From Bacteriovoracaceae bacterium (GTDB taxonomy: Bacteria > Bdellovibrionota > Bacteriovoracia > Bacteriovoracales > Bacteriovoracaceae), in the NCBI GenBank assembly GCA_048270185.1, contig JBLWTJ010000001.1, positions 1,280,001 through 1,344,000 of the forward strand: DNA of 64,000 nucleotides, in the 5' to 3' direction. Shown here piece after piece: positions 29,277 to 39,182 of the stretch; the first letter of the stretch is position 1, and the number at the start of each line of letters is the position of its first letter. Both the position numbers and the translations under genes were made by a program. The notes under the pieces are model-generated. The model was not told the origin of the DNA. It ran no database searches and saw only the letters and a program-made list of their open reading frames with translations.

Positions 29277-30097
29277 TGCACGCAATATTTAAAAGATTAG
29301 AAGAATCAAAAAGCTTTATTCAAAGTAAATACGACAAGTCACCAGAAGTTGGTGTTATCCTTGGTTCAGGCCTTGGTGAATTTGCAAACCTACTAGAGAA
29401 TAAAGTTGAAATTAGCTACGAAGATATTCCAGGTTTTAAAAAGACAAAAGTAAAAGGGCACAAAGGACAACTTGTTCTAGGTGAGCTTGGTGGAAAAGTT
29501 GTTGCAGTTATGCAAGGGCGTATTCACCGCTACGAAGGACACTCTCTTGATGAGGTGGTCTTTCCTGTTCGTGTTTTAAAGTCACTTGGAATTAATAATC
29601 TCATTATCACAAATGCTGCTGGTGGAATTAACACTTCTTATCGTTCTGGTTCATTAGTACTTATTACTGATCACCTAAACCTGACAGGAGAAAATTGTCT
29701 TGTTGGTGAAAATATTGAAGAGCTTGGAACTCGCTTCCCAGACATGACATATGCTTGGTCTCCTAAGCTTAGAAAAGTTGCTCATCAATCAGCTCAAAAT
29801 ATTTCATATGACCTCAAAGAAGGTGTCTATGTTGGTGTTCTTGGACCAACTTACGAAACTCCAGCAGAAATACGTATGTACCGTAACTTCGGTGGAGACC
29901 TAGTAGGTATGAGCACTGTACAAGAGTGTATTGCGGCCAACCACATGGGACTTGATGTACTTGGTATTTCTTGTGTTACTAATATGGCCGCAGGAATTGA
30001 GAATACTAAACTAAATCACGATGATATTAAGCACGAAGCTGCTCGTGTCATGAAAAAGTTCCTAGAATTACTACAAGAAGTCGTAAGTAATATTTAA
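29276..30097 (+). CDS. punA: Purine-nucleoside phosphorylase (trimeric family)
   Basis: ILGSGLG, GRIHRYEG, TNAAGG, GPTYETPAE, VGMSTV, VTNMAAG. Confidence 0.95.
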   Translation: MHAIFKRLEESKSFIQSKYDKSPEVGVILGSGLGEFANLLENKVEISYEDIPGFKKTKVKGHKGQLVLGELGGKVVAVMQGRIHRYEGHSLDEVVFPVRVLKSLGINNLIITNAAGGINTSYRSGSLVLITDHLNLTGENCLVGENIEELGTRFPDMTYAWSPKLRKVAHQSAQNISYDLKEGVYVGVLGPTYETPAEIRMYRNFGGDLVGMSTVQECIAANHMGLDVLGISCVTNMAAGIENTKLNHDDIKHEAARVMKKFLELLQEVVSNI

Positions 30098-30099
30098 TT

Positions 30100-30127
30100 A
30101 TTTCTCTCTACCTTGGTAGAGAGAAAT
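30100..30127 (+). terminator. Stem-loop after punA
   Basis: ATTTCTCTCTACC-TT-GGTAGAGAGAAAT perfect 13-bp inverted repeat. Confidence 0.6.
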
Positions 30128-30185
30128 TTGTTATAATCTAAACAAATCGACCCCGAGTGAATACTCGGCTTTCTTTGGATTATAG

Positions 30186-31514
30186 ATGGAACAAAATTCT
30201 TCTCATAAGATGCTGGCAGACATGAGCTTTTGCGTCTTCGACCTTGAAACAACTGGTGGAAACCAGAAAAAAGATAAAATCATTGAAATTGGACTAGTAC
30301 AAATCGACAATTTAACTGTTGGTGCTAAGAAAAGTTTTCTTATCAATCCAGAAAGAAAGATTCCTGACTTCATTCAAAAACTAACGTCAATTACACAAGA
30401 AGAAGTAGAAGATGCACCAATTATTGATGATGTAATTGATGAGGTACTTGAGTTCCTAGGTGATCGCGTTCTAATCGCTCACAACTCTTCTTTTGATATT
30501 CCATTTCTAAATTCTGTTTTAAAAAGGCTTGGAAGAAAAGAATTAGAGAATAAAGGTCTTTGTACAAATCTAATGACAAAGTATTTGATTCCAACTCTCA
30601 TGAACTCAAATCTTAATTATATGTCGCGTGTTTTTAATATCTCTCACCAAAAAGCACACCGTGCCCTTGATGATGCAATAGCAACAGCACAATTATTTCT
30701 AATTTACTTAAATATCTTCATGGCAAAAGGGATTAAGAAAATTAATCACCTATACTACCCAAAGAATCGTTATGAATTAGACCTATGTAATTTTAAGAAG
30801 CAAAGTACTGATTTAGAAAAAATAAAAGAAAAAATGGAGTCAGTCTTCGCCCCATTTGTGATCACTGTTAAAGGTGAGAATGGAATCATTCTCTTCTCAT
30901 TCCCTTGCACAAATAAGGCCAATGAAATTGAATTCATTTGTGAGCGTATTAAGGATCTCGACTGGAAGACAATTTCGCTAAAATTAAGTGGCCCGATCTT
31001 AGAGTCTCTTATTCGCTTTAATCACTCTTTTAATAAAATGACAGAAGATGACCAACAAAAATCACTAAAACTTCTACGTCAAAATCTTATTGGAGATGGA
31101 ACTAAGGAAGAACTTCATCAACTTTACAAAGAACAAATCCAAAAAGTTAAACAAGCTGACTTCGTACTAATGAATCACCTTGTACCAGAGCAATATACTA
31201 TCTACCCTCTTGGTTCTCTAGGTATACGCCAAGGACTTATCTTTCGATATCCTGGTCATGACAAGAAACTAATTCAATATATCAATTCAAAGATCAATCG
31301 CAAGAAGTCAGGGAAGCTTAAAGAGATTCATGTCTCTAGCGACTTAAATGATCTTGTAAATCTCTATATGGCCAAATGCCTAAAGGAAGAAAAGGAATTG
31401 ATGATCTTTAAAGATTCATTTGCTCTTAAGAATAAGGAATTCTTCTTTATTGAATTGGATAAATTCTTAAAAGCCAATCCAAATAAGTACAACTATCCTA
31501 ACTCTTTTATTTAA
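30186..31514 (+). CDS. DEDDh (DnaQ/PolC-like) 3'-5' exonuclease with long C-terminal region
   Basis: VFDLETTG, IAHNSSFD, HRALDDA. Confidence 0.88.
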   Translation: MEQNSSHKMLADMSFCVFDLETTGGNQKKDKIIEIGLVQIDNLTVGAKKSFLINPERKIPDFIQKLTSITQEEVEDAPIIDDVIDEVLEFLGDRVLIAHNSSFDIPFLNSVLKRLGRKELENKGLCTNLMTKYLIPTLMNSNLNYMSRVFNISHQKAHRALDDAIATAQLFLIYLNIFMAKGIKKINHLYYPKNRYELDLCNFKKQSTDLEKIKEKMESVFAPFVITVKGENGIILFSFPCTNKANEIEFICERIKDLDWKTISLKLSGPILESLIRFNHSFNKMTEDDQQKSLKLLRQNLIGDGTKEELHQLYKEQIQKVKQADFVLMNHLVPEQYTIYPLGSLGIRQGLIFRYPGHDKKLIQYINSKINRKKSGKLKEIHVSSDLNDLVNLYMAKCLKEEKELMIFKDSFALKNKEFFFIELDKFLKANPNKYNYPNSFI

Positions 31515-31519
31515 AGTAT

Positions 31520-32947
31520 TTAGAGAAGGTTTTGAATAATAATATCCTGAGCAGATATTTGTACTTTAGAATTTTCCAGACCTAGTAAGTGAGTAATAAG
31601 ACGATTTAAGATCTTATTCTTCTGTCCTTCAATAGAAAGGTTTTTAACATTTAAGATGATATCGTGATCGATCTTAGAAAAAGAACATTCGATATTATTA
31701 GTTGAATCACCAATTAAAAGCTCATGATTTTTAAGAGTCATCATTTCACTTAGAATGAGATAAAGAATTATAGGAAGACTTGCTCCACTCACCTTTGTCT
31801 CTTCTAACTCACGAGAAACTTTTGTATCGATTGAAATACCAGATTCTATTTTTCGATTACTCAAAAGAGAAATTGATTGTTGAAGTATTTCTGAGAAATT
31901 TTGTTTTTGATTAAGTTGATCTTTAACACGAGCAAAGCCTAGAAATGTATGAATAAGATTCTTACAGCGATTGGCCGAAGCCTTCATCTCTTTTAGAATT
32001 GTCTCATCTTCTTCTTCCCAGTCTTCAAGTTCAAGCATATTAATGGCCGCAAGAATACCGGCCAGAGGATTATTTAACTCGTGAGCAATTGAGCTTGTAA
32101 TAATACCAAGTTCAGAATGAGACTTTGTATAGTTGAATTCTTGCTTAACAAGACAAATAGTCTTGAGGTGTCCTAATTGCGAAAAGAGGATTTTATACTT
32201 TTGATCTTCAATATCTATCCAGTCAGAATCAATCGATGCTAATAGATGATTTGGAGTGATATTTAACTTAGAAAAAAGATCATTATGATAACTTACAATT
32301 TTATCGTCATTTAAAATAACGACGGGATAATTGAGTTGATTAATTAACTCGGAAAGCCCGACCTGACTCTGTGCCTGAGAGTGCTCATTAGCACTTGTAA
32401 GTCGGACAAACTCTGCAATGGCCGGAATCAAATTTAGAGCTTCTACATTTCTAATCTTTAGTAGATAGAAGTGATCCTGATCTTCAAAACAAAAGTCTTC
32501 TTCAACACTATAGAGAAAAGATTCAGACTTCTTTATCTTTAAAACCTGAAACTCACTCTTGATTTCATAGAGTTTAAATAGTGCATTGATGAAATTGTGA
32601 TCAACTTCTGAATATACTTTTTCAATGAATGTTGTCACTTCTGCTGGATTTGAAGCTTCAAAGTTTAAGCTATAACCAATCTTAAACTGACGATGAAGTT
32701 CTCTGCGAAAACTTAAAAGATCCTTTAACTCATTTGTATCAGTTAGTTCGATAATATGATCATCAAGCTTAATTATAAGAGGCTCACCTGATTCAATTGT
32801 AAAATCAAAGTCAATTTCACTCTCACTAAATCCTGAATAATTTAAAGTTTTAAGAAGTTCTTCGTTAAGTTCGAGATTTGAGTGATACGAGAAATTCTGT
32901 TTTAGAGAATCAATATCAATGTCTTTGAATGTTAGTGTTGAATTCAT
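31520..32947 (-). CDS. HisKA-domain protein with degenerate ATPase domain
   Basis: IAHELNNPLAGI H-box; PAS-like segment; no N/G boxes visible. Confidence 0.75.
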   Translation of the reverse strand: MNSTLTFKDIDIDSLKQNFSYHSNLELNEELLKTLNYSGFSESEIDFDFTIESGEPLIIKLDDHIIELTDTNELKDLLSFRRELHRQFKIGYSLNFEASNPAEVTTFIEKVYSEVDHNFINALFKLYEIKSEFQVLKIKKSESFLYSVEEDFCFEDQDHFYLLKIRNVEALNLIPAIAEFVRLTSANEHSQAQSQVGLSELINQLNYPVVILNDDKIVSYHNDLFSKLNITPNHLLASIDSDWIDIEDQKYKILFSQLGHLKTICLVKQEFNYTKSHSELGIITSSIAHELNNPLAGILAAINMLELEDWEEEDETILKEMKASANRCKNLIHTFLGFARVKDQLNQKQNFSEILQQSISLLSNRKIESGISIDTKVSRELEETKVSGASLPIILYLILSEMMTLKNHELLIGDSTNNIECSFSKIDHDIILNVKNLSIEGQKNKILNRLITHLLGLENSKVQISAQDIIIQNLL

Positions 32948-34242
32948 ACATCACCCTTTTTGAGAGTAACCATTCCATCCGCATAGTGGATATCGACATC
33001 AACATTCTTAAGCTTTGCTAAATCCTTAGCACTACTCACTACTTTATCTCCAATTTGAGTATAGGCATAGCCGCGAGTAAGAACATTCTTTGGATTGAGG
33101 GCCCCGAGAACTTTTTCGAACTCTAAATTCTTATTTTTAAAGTTGTGAATTTTCTCTTTAATGGCCTTGATTAGGTCTCTGCTTAGGCGATCAAGCTCAT
33201 AGCTATACTCATAGAGAGAAAGGATCTGCTCTTTTCTCTTAATAAGATTTAATTTTTCTAATTCGTGTTTATACTCAGATATTTTTGACTTAAGGGCCTG
33301 GAGAAAACTGAGTGGAGATGTTTCACTTAAAATATCATAGCGACGTCTTAACTGATCTTGCATTGAATTTCTTAGATCCTTCTTAAGTCTCGAAAGATCA
33401 TTATCAATAACGAGATATTTCTGCGTTAGAATTTCAGCAGCGGCCGAAGGAGTCTCCATTCTAAGGTCGGCCACGTAATCAGAGATCGTAAAGTCAACTT
33501 GGTGACCCACAGCACTTACTGTTGGAATTGGACAATTATAAATATCCCAAGCTAAGGCTTCATCATTGAACGCCCATAGGTCTTCCATTGATCCACCACC
33601 ACGGGTGAGGACAATGACGTCTAACATATCTTTAGTGCGACCTTCTTCTTTTGCTTTTAAATGGTAAGCAATTAACTTCTCTAAGGCCTTACGAATTGAA
33701 GCAGGAGCATTAACTCCTTGAACAAGGGCCGCAGATAAAAGTACCTGATGGTAGTCAGAGCGTCTTCCTGCAACATTTAGAAAATCTTGCAAAGCGGCTG
33801 CACCTTTAGCAGTGATAACTCCGATTTTCTTTGGCATAGAAGGGATTGGTAACTTTGAGCTCATATCAAAGAGTCCTTCGTCTTGAAGCTTCTTCTTAAG
33901 CATTTCAAATTGCTCTTGAAGATCTCCCTTACCGGCAGGAACAATTCTTTTAACAATTAATTGAAATGTACCACGAGTTGGGTAAACCGAAACTGAGCCC
34001 GAGACAATGACCTTATCTCCGGCCTTAATATTTTTGATAGTAGGGTTTCTCATGGCATCCATTTTAAAAAGGGCCATTTGCATGAGAGCATTGCCATCAC
34101 CTAACGAGAAATACCAATGTCCAGCACCTGAAGAGCTTAAGTTTGAAACTTCTCCTGTCACACTAATATTTTGGTAGTTTTTTTCGAGATTATTTTTAAT
34201 GTGATTAACGAGTTGAGAAACAGAAGGGACTTTATTATTCAT
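32944..34242 (-). CDS. xseA: Exodeoxyribonuclease VII large subunit
   Basis: GEVSN...GHWYFSL, RGGGSMEDLWAFNDE, SAVGH, TPSAAAE. Confidence 0.96.
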   Translation of the reverse strand: MNNKVPSVSQLVNHIKNNLEKNYQNISVTGEVSNLSSSGAGHWYFSLGDGNALMQMALFKMDAMRNPTIKNIKAGDKVIVSGSVSVYPTRGTFQLIVKRIVPAGKGDLQEQFEMLKKKLQDEGLFDMSSKLPIPSMPKKIGVITAKGAAALQDFLNVAGRRSDYHQVLLSAALVQGVNAPASIRKALEKLIAYHLKAKEEGRTKDMLDVIVLTRGGGSMEDLWAFNDEALAWDIYNCPIPTVSAVGHQVDFTISDYVADLRMETPSAAAEILTQKYLVIDNDLSRLKKDLRNSMQDQLRRRYDILSETSPLSFLQALKSKISEYKHELEKLNLIKRKEQILSLYEYSYELDRLSRDLIKAIKEKIHNFKNKNLEFEKVLGALNPKNVLTRGYAYTQIGDKVVSSAKDLAKLKNVDVDIHYADGMVTLKKGDV

Positions 34243-34309
34243 CTAGATATGATGAAGAAAAAGGCACAAAGTGGGAAGACTAAACGCGTCACCCACTTCG
34301 CTATAAGTA

Positions 34310-35650
34310 TTAGATTTTACTGAATTTTTCGACTGTATTGAGGAATTTAATGGCCTGAATAACTTGGTAATCTTCAGCAGCATTATACTTTGAAGATTTC
34401 TTCTTTTGGCCATTGTGTTCATTAAGTGCTTTTGCTCTTTCGATTCTCTTCATACGAGCAACTTTCTCACGTGCAAGACGTGCTTTCTTTTCTTCTTTTG
34501 TTTCAACTGTAGCTGTTAAGTGGTTTCTTAAATCAACCTCTCTAATTCCACCATCATCATACATATTCTCAGATATGAATTCACCTTCGACTTGTGAAAC
34601 TAGCACATCAGGCTTAATACCTAGGGCCTGAATTTTTCTTCCTTTCGGAGTCATATACTGAGCAATTGTAAGCTTAATTCCTTGATCTTCAGTAATTTGA
34701 GAAACTGTTTGAACACTTCCCTTACCAAAAGAATTTGTTCCAATAATAATTGCACGTCCATGATCTTGGAGAGCACCTGCAACGATTTCAGATGCAGAAG
34801 CACTTGAACCATTAATTAAAACACCTACTGGAACTTTTAATTCTTTATGCCCACTCTTTTTTACATAGCGAATTTCTTTATTCTTTGGATCACGGCCTTC
34901 AGTAGAAACAACCACTCCTTCATTTAAGAAAACTGAGGCTAGGTTTACAGCTTCATTCAAAAGCCCTCCAGGATTATTTCGTAAATCCAAGATAACACCT
35001 TTGAAATTCTTCCCTAGAGCTTTCTTCTCTTTCTTAATTCCATCAACAACAAACTTAGCTGCATTCTTTTGAAATTGGCTTAAACGAATAACTGCATATC
35101 CATTTACTGCATATGACTTAACTGGTTTCGTTTTAATCTTTTGTCTTTTTACGTCAAAGTAGCGAATATCTTTTTCACCCGCTCGCAAAATCCCAAGATT
35201 AATGATGGCACCAAGCTCCCCCTTCATCTTATCAACGGCTTCATCAAGAGTGATCCCTATTGTTGATTCATGATTGATCTCGATGATCTTATCTCCAGGC
35301 TCAAGCCCTGCTTTCTCAGCAGGTGAATCTTCAATTGGAGTAGTGATAACGAGGACACCATCTTTTTGAGTTACTTCAATTCCAAGTCCACCATACTCTC
35401 CACTTGTATCTTCTTGCATCTTTTTAAAGACTTCTTTGTCTAAGAATGCCGAGTGAGGATCGAGAGTTTGAAAGATACCTTTTAAAGCACCATCTATTAA
35501 TTTATCGATATCAACCTGACGGTAATAATTTGTTTCGATAATGTGAATAACTTTGTTGAATAATTCGAGTTTCTCGAAACGAGACTTTTCCTTCGACTGG
35601 ACTGGCACCATCAATGTGCAAAGCACAAGTGCCACAAGAAGTTTCTTCAT
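34310..35650 (-). CDS. ctpA: S41 carboxyl-terminal processing protease
   Basis: LDPHS, GGLGI (PDZ), LDLRNNPGGLL, SASASEIVAG, FGKGSVQ. Confidence 0.95.
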   Translation of the reverse strand: MKKLLVALVLCTLMVPVQSKEKSRFEKLELFNKVIHIIETNYYRQVDIDKLIDGALKGIFQTLDPHSAFLDKEVFKKMQEDTSGEYGGLGIEVTQKDGVLVITTPIEDSPAEKAGLEPGDKIIEINHESTIGITLDEAVDKMKGELGAIINLGILRAGEKDIRYFDVKRQKIKTKPVKSYAVNGYAVIRLSQFQKNAAKFVVDGIKKEKKALGKNFKGVILDLRNNPGGLLNEAVNLASVFLNEGVVVSTEGRDPKNKEIRYVKKSGHKELKVPVGVLINGSSASASEIVAGALQDHGRAIIIGTNSFGKGSVQTVSQITEDQGIKLTIAQYMTPKGRKIQALGIKPDVLVSQVEGEFISENMYDDGGIREVDLRNHLTATVETKEEKKARLAREKVARMKRIERAKALNEHNGQKKKSSKYNAAEDYQVIQAIKFLNTVEKFSKI

Positions 35651-35670
35651 GATATTTCCTAATCTTAATC

Positions 35671-36705
35671 TTATATATTAAGTTTCTTATTAACTAATGA
35701 AGCTGTATTTTGCGCAGTATTTTTCTTTCTAATTTCAAAATAAACTTTGCTTAAATTACCTTTCTTAATTGAAAAGCGAGTTTTTGCAAGTTGAGTTCCA
35801 GCCGCTATTCCCTGCCCTTTTTTAACATTAGCAGTCAGATCACCTAGATAAATACTTCTTACATCATTACCGTGGTCAACCATGATCACGTTTCCAACGT
35901 TAGCAAGAGATCCAACGTACTCAACCTTTCCGTCTTTTGTTGCAAGAATTTCTTGTCCACTTTTGACAGTATATGTAATCCCCTTCTTTCCATTTTCAAC
36001 TGAAATGTACTTCTTTAGTGGGATGGCGAAGTCTGCAACAAGGCTTGAAGACTTATTTGCAGCTCTTTGTTTCTTTGCAGCTTTCTGTTTAGCAATTCGT
36101 TGATTTTTTTCTAGCTTATGTAATTCTGACTTTAATTTTTCATGATTTTCTTTTTCAGCTAAGAACTCTTTTACTGTTGAGTTTTTCTCACTCTCAAGAT
36201 CTTGAAGAACTGCGTATAACTCTCTTTCAACAGCAATTGTTTCATTCAAAGTTAGTCTAAGTTTTGTTGTCTTCTCTTTTAGATTTTTACAGTAATCAAT
36301 TTTTGATTGAATTTCATTCTTTTCTTTTTTTAGTGATTTTAAAAGTAATTGGCTTTTAACAAGGTCATCGTGAGTTGAATTCTCCATATAGCTTAGGGCC
36401 ACGTGGCGAATCGTTTTCTTAACTTTAATTTTATCTTGTTCTAATTCAAATAGAGATTGATTAAGGTTTTTTTCAAGATCATAAATCTTATAATCGAGAT
36501 CTTGTCTCGATTTCATTGCTTGCATGTAGTCTTCATTCTTAACTTGTAGCTTTGTTTCAATTGATTGAATACTAGACTTATAAGTGTCAATTTTCTTACG
36601 ACTTACATTAACTTGTTTATTAACATTATTGAAGCTTGGGTTATTGGCCCCGAAAGCAAATGAAGATGCAATGAGAATTGATAATAAAATTAAGCTTTTT
36701 GCCAT
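35671..36705 (-). CDS. envC: EnvC-like coiled-coil + degenerate M23 protein
   Basis: Signal peptide, coiled coil, GNVIMVDHG, YFEIR; lies between ftsX and ctpA. Confidence 0.75.
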   Translation of the reverse strand: MAKSLILLSILIASSFAFGANNPSFNNVNKQVNVSRKKIDTYKSSIQSIETKLQVKNEDYMQAMKSRQDLDYKIYDLEKNLNQSLFELEQDKIKVKKTIRHVALSYMENSTHDDLVKSQLLLKSLKKEKNEIQSKIDYCKNLKEKTTKLRLTLNETIAVERELYAVLQDLESEKNSTVKEFLAEKENHEKLKSELHKLEKNQRIAKQKAAKKQRAANKSSSLVADFAIPLKKYISVENGKKGITYTVKSGQEILATKDGKVEYVGSLANVGNVIMVDHGNDVRSIYLGDLTANVKKGQGIAAGTQLAKTRFSIKKGNLSKVYFEIRKKNTAQNTASLVNKKLNI

Positions 36706-37487
36706 TCAACTTTCCCTACGCTGTACCAAGCAGTTGATGCTAGTAAAACGCTACTTACAATTATTGCTAAGACTTGATCTGGTGCAAAGAACGCAAATGA
36801 AACGATACACCCTACTATTGTTGAAGTTAGAATATTTGTTGCATACATTTTTAGTGCAACATTCTTCTTTCTCTGAAATTTTTCAATTAAGTACGAGATT
36901 TGTTTTAGGTTTCTCATAATTGATGCAAATGCAACAAGCCAGAAAAGTGAAACGACGACAATGAGAACTTGAAGAGGTCTCTTCTTAAGCTCAGTCATCA
37001 CATTCTTCCATGATTCATTATTTGCAATTTTCTTACGAATTGATCCAAGGACAACATTGTCCTTACCCGTTAGTCTTACTAAGTACTCACGAATTAGGTC
37101 TGTTGAACTCGCTGAAACTTTCTCATCTAAAACAACTTTTAGACCTTTCATTGAAACGATCTCTGTAATATCACTCTTGTCTAGAGCTAAAACTTCTTTT
37201 AATTGATTCGTTACTGCAAGACTCTTTGTACTGCTAATACTTTCCACGGCCTTAACACCTGGAAGCCCCTCAATCTTACGAGAGATACTACTTGTATTTA
37301 AGTTTCCATCAACAAGTGCGTTAAAGTAGTACTCATTTTGAATTGAAGGTAGAGCATTCGAAATTCTTATCTTGAAACTATCGTAATTTGATACCGTAAC
37401 AACAAGTGAAATCGTTAGCAGTGAAAAAACAGCTTGGCCAAATAAGTTATTCTTTGTAAACCTTGCTAATTCTCTTAAATAAAACAT
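36690..37487 (-). CDS. ftsX: Divergent FtsX-like permease
   Basis: TM - periplasmic loop (LPGVKAVE) - 3 TMs; between ftsE-like and envC-like genes. Confidence 0.6.
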   Translation of the reverse strand: MFYLRELARFTKNNLFGQAVFSLLTISLVVTVSNYDSFKIRISNALPSIQNEYYFNALVDGNLNTSSISRKIEGLPGVKAVESISSTKSLAVTNQLKEVLALDKSDITEIVSMKGLKVVLDEKVSASSTDLIREYLVRLTGKDNVVLGSIRKKIANNESWKNVMTELKKRPLQVLIVVVSLFWLVAFASIMRNLKQISYLIEKFQRKKNVALKMYATNILTSTIVGCIVSFAFFAPDQVLAIIVSSVLLASTAWYSVGKVEWQKA

Positions 37488-38179
37488 GCATGCCCCGAAT
37501 GAATTAAACGTGAATTATCTAAGTGGATAATTCTCCCAGTGAATCGTTGTACTAATTCGCGATTATGTGAGGCCCAAATAATTGTTGTTCCTCTTTTTGC
37601 GTTATAGATATTAAGTAGATCAAATAAACGTTTCGTATTATCAAAATCAAGTGAACTTGAAGGTTCATCAGCAATGAAAACATCGGGCTTAGAAAGAAGA
37701 GCTCTAATAATGGCAACTTTCTGTCTTAGTCCCCCATTTGCATCCTTGGCCTTTAAACCAATACGATTCTTTATTCCTAAAATTTTAATCAACTCTTTTA
37801 GATCACTTTCGAATTCTTTACGAGATCGATAAACACTTGGATCAAAGGCGAATTGAAGATTTTCAAGTAGGCTCATATTCTCAACAAGGCGTAGATCTTG
37901 AAAAACTTGTGTTGTGAAAACCTTTTCATCAATTTTGATATTTCCGCTAGTTGGCGCGATATTTCCAGCAAGCACATTGAGAAGTGTTGTCTTCCCTGCT
38001 CCAGAAGCACCAGTAACAAAGACGACTTCACCCTTTCGAATCTGCAGATTGATATTTGAAATGGCCTTAACTCCATTGTAATCAACCGTCACATTCTCGA
38101 GTGAGAAATAAGAATTTGGGTTCAAATTCTGATTGCCGAATAAATGATGTGTTTGATTTGCGTAACTGCCTGAGATCAT
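37475..38179 (-). CDS. ftsE: FtsE-like ABC ATPase
   Basis: GASGAGKTT, VFQD, IADEPS, ASHN; ATG 38179 with GAAGGA RBS. Confidence 0.8.
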   Translation of the reverse strand: MISGSYANQTHHLFGNQNLNPNSYFSLENVTVDYNGVKAISNINLQIRKGEVVFVTGASGAGKTTLLNVLAGNIAPTSGNIKIDEKVFTTQVFQDLRLVENMSLLENLQFAFDPSVYRSRKEFESDLKELIKILGIKNRIGLKAKDANGGLRQKVAIIRALLSKPDVFIADEPSSSLDFDNTKRLFDLLNIYNAKRGTTIIWASHNRELVQRFTGRIIHLDNSRLIHSGHACFI

Positions 38180-38396
38180 TGATATGAGTCCTTCATTTAA
38201 TAATTCAAATCTTCCTAACTTGAATGTGGTCGAAATCCTCTCGACCGTAATTAATTTTATAACAAAATGGAATTTTTCGCAAAGGAGAATAAAGAGTCCG
38301 ACCCACTGAGTCAATTACATTAATTTCACATTTCTGGTGTTGATTGAAGCGATATTTCTTCGTAGAATCATCAAAAATCACTCAAAAGAGGTCAAA

Positions 38397-39182
38397 GTGC
38401 TTGAAAAAATTAATGGAAAACAACTAAATGCGAGTATTCTTGCCAAGAATCTCATTGATTCTGAGCAGGCCAAGAATGATCTATCATTTTATGACATCGT
38501 CTATGTGATCCAGAATGACACCAAGACTTCTTTTAAAAAATCGCAAGTTGAAGGGATTCAGGTAACCCTGGCCTTTACCAACCGTGAACTTTGCCAAAAA
38601 CATACTTTAGATAGTGATCGCGTTCGTGCCATCACTGTTGGAATGCTATGTAAGGAAACAAAATCAAATTCAATCGAAGTCATCGGTATTGATCTCAATG
38701 AAGCGAACCAATTTGACGATTTTATTTTTGCTCCTCCTTATGATGAGCTAACTGGCCAATTTATTATCTCACCAAGAGATGAGGCCATCTCGCTATTATC
38801 AATTGATAATGAGTCCCACCGTTTTATGGGCGTGAAGGCAACTTTCTTTTCAATTACAAATAAGGCCTTAGTCACAATGGGCCTGGCCGAACGAGAAGAA
38901 TACTTAAATGAACTCATTGATAACCTAGGCTTTATCATTCCGCGTATTCCACAACCTAAGGGTAGTGCAAATATTATCTGCTTACTTTTAAATCTCGAAA
39001 ATCCTATTGAGGAAAGGGCCTTTGTAAGAGACTACCCTACATTTGATTCTTATACAGAAGTTCTCTTCGTTAACTCTGAACTTGATTTACTAACAGGTGA
39101 TCTAACAAAGATTAAGTATGATGGGGCAAGTTTAGAAGGTGTTTACTTACCCCTGATTAAAAGAAATAAGGAAGTTAAATAA
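38397..39182 (+). CDS. Hypothetical protein
   Basis: Long ORF; GTG start after GAGG. Confidence 0.7.
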   Translation: MLEKINGKQLNASILAKNLIDSEQAKNDLSFYDIVYVIQNDTKTSFKKSQVEGIQVTLAFTNRELCQKHTLDSDRVRAITVGMLCKETKSNSIEVIGIDLNEANQFDDFIFAPPYDELTGQFIISPRDEAISLLSIDNESHRFMGVKATFFSITNKALVTMGLAEREEYLNELIDNLGFIIPRIPQPKGSANIICLLLNLENPIEERAFVRDYPTFDSYTEVLFVNSELDLLTGDLTKIKYDGASLEGVYLPLIKRNKEVK

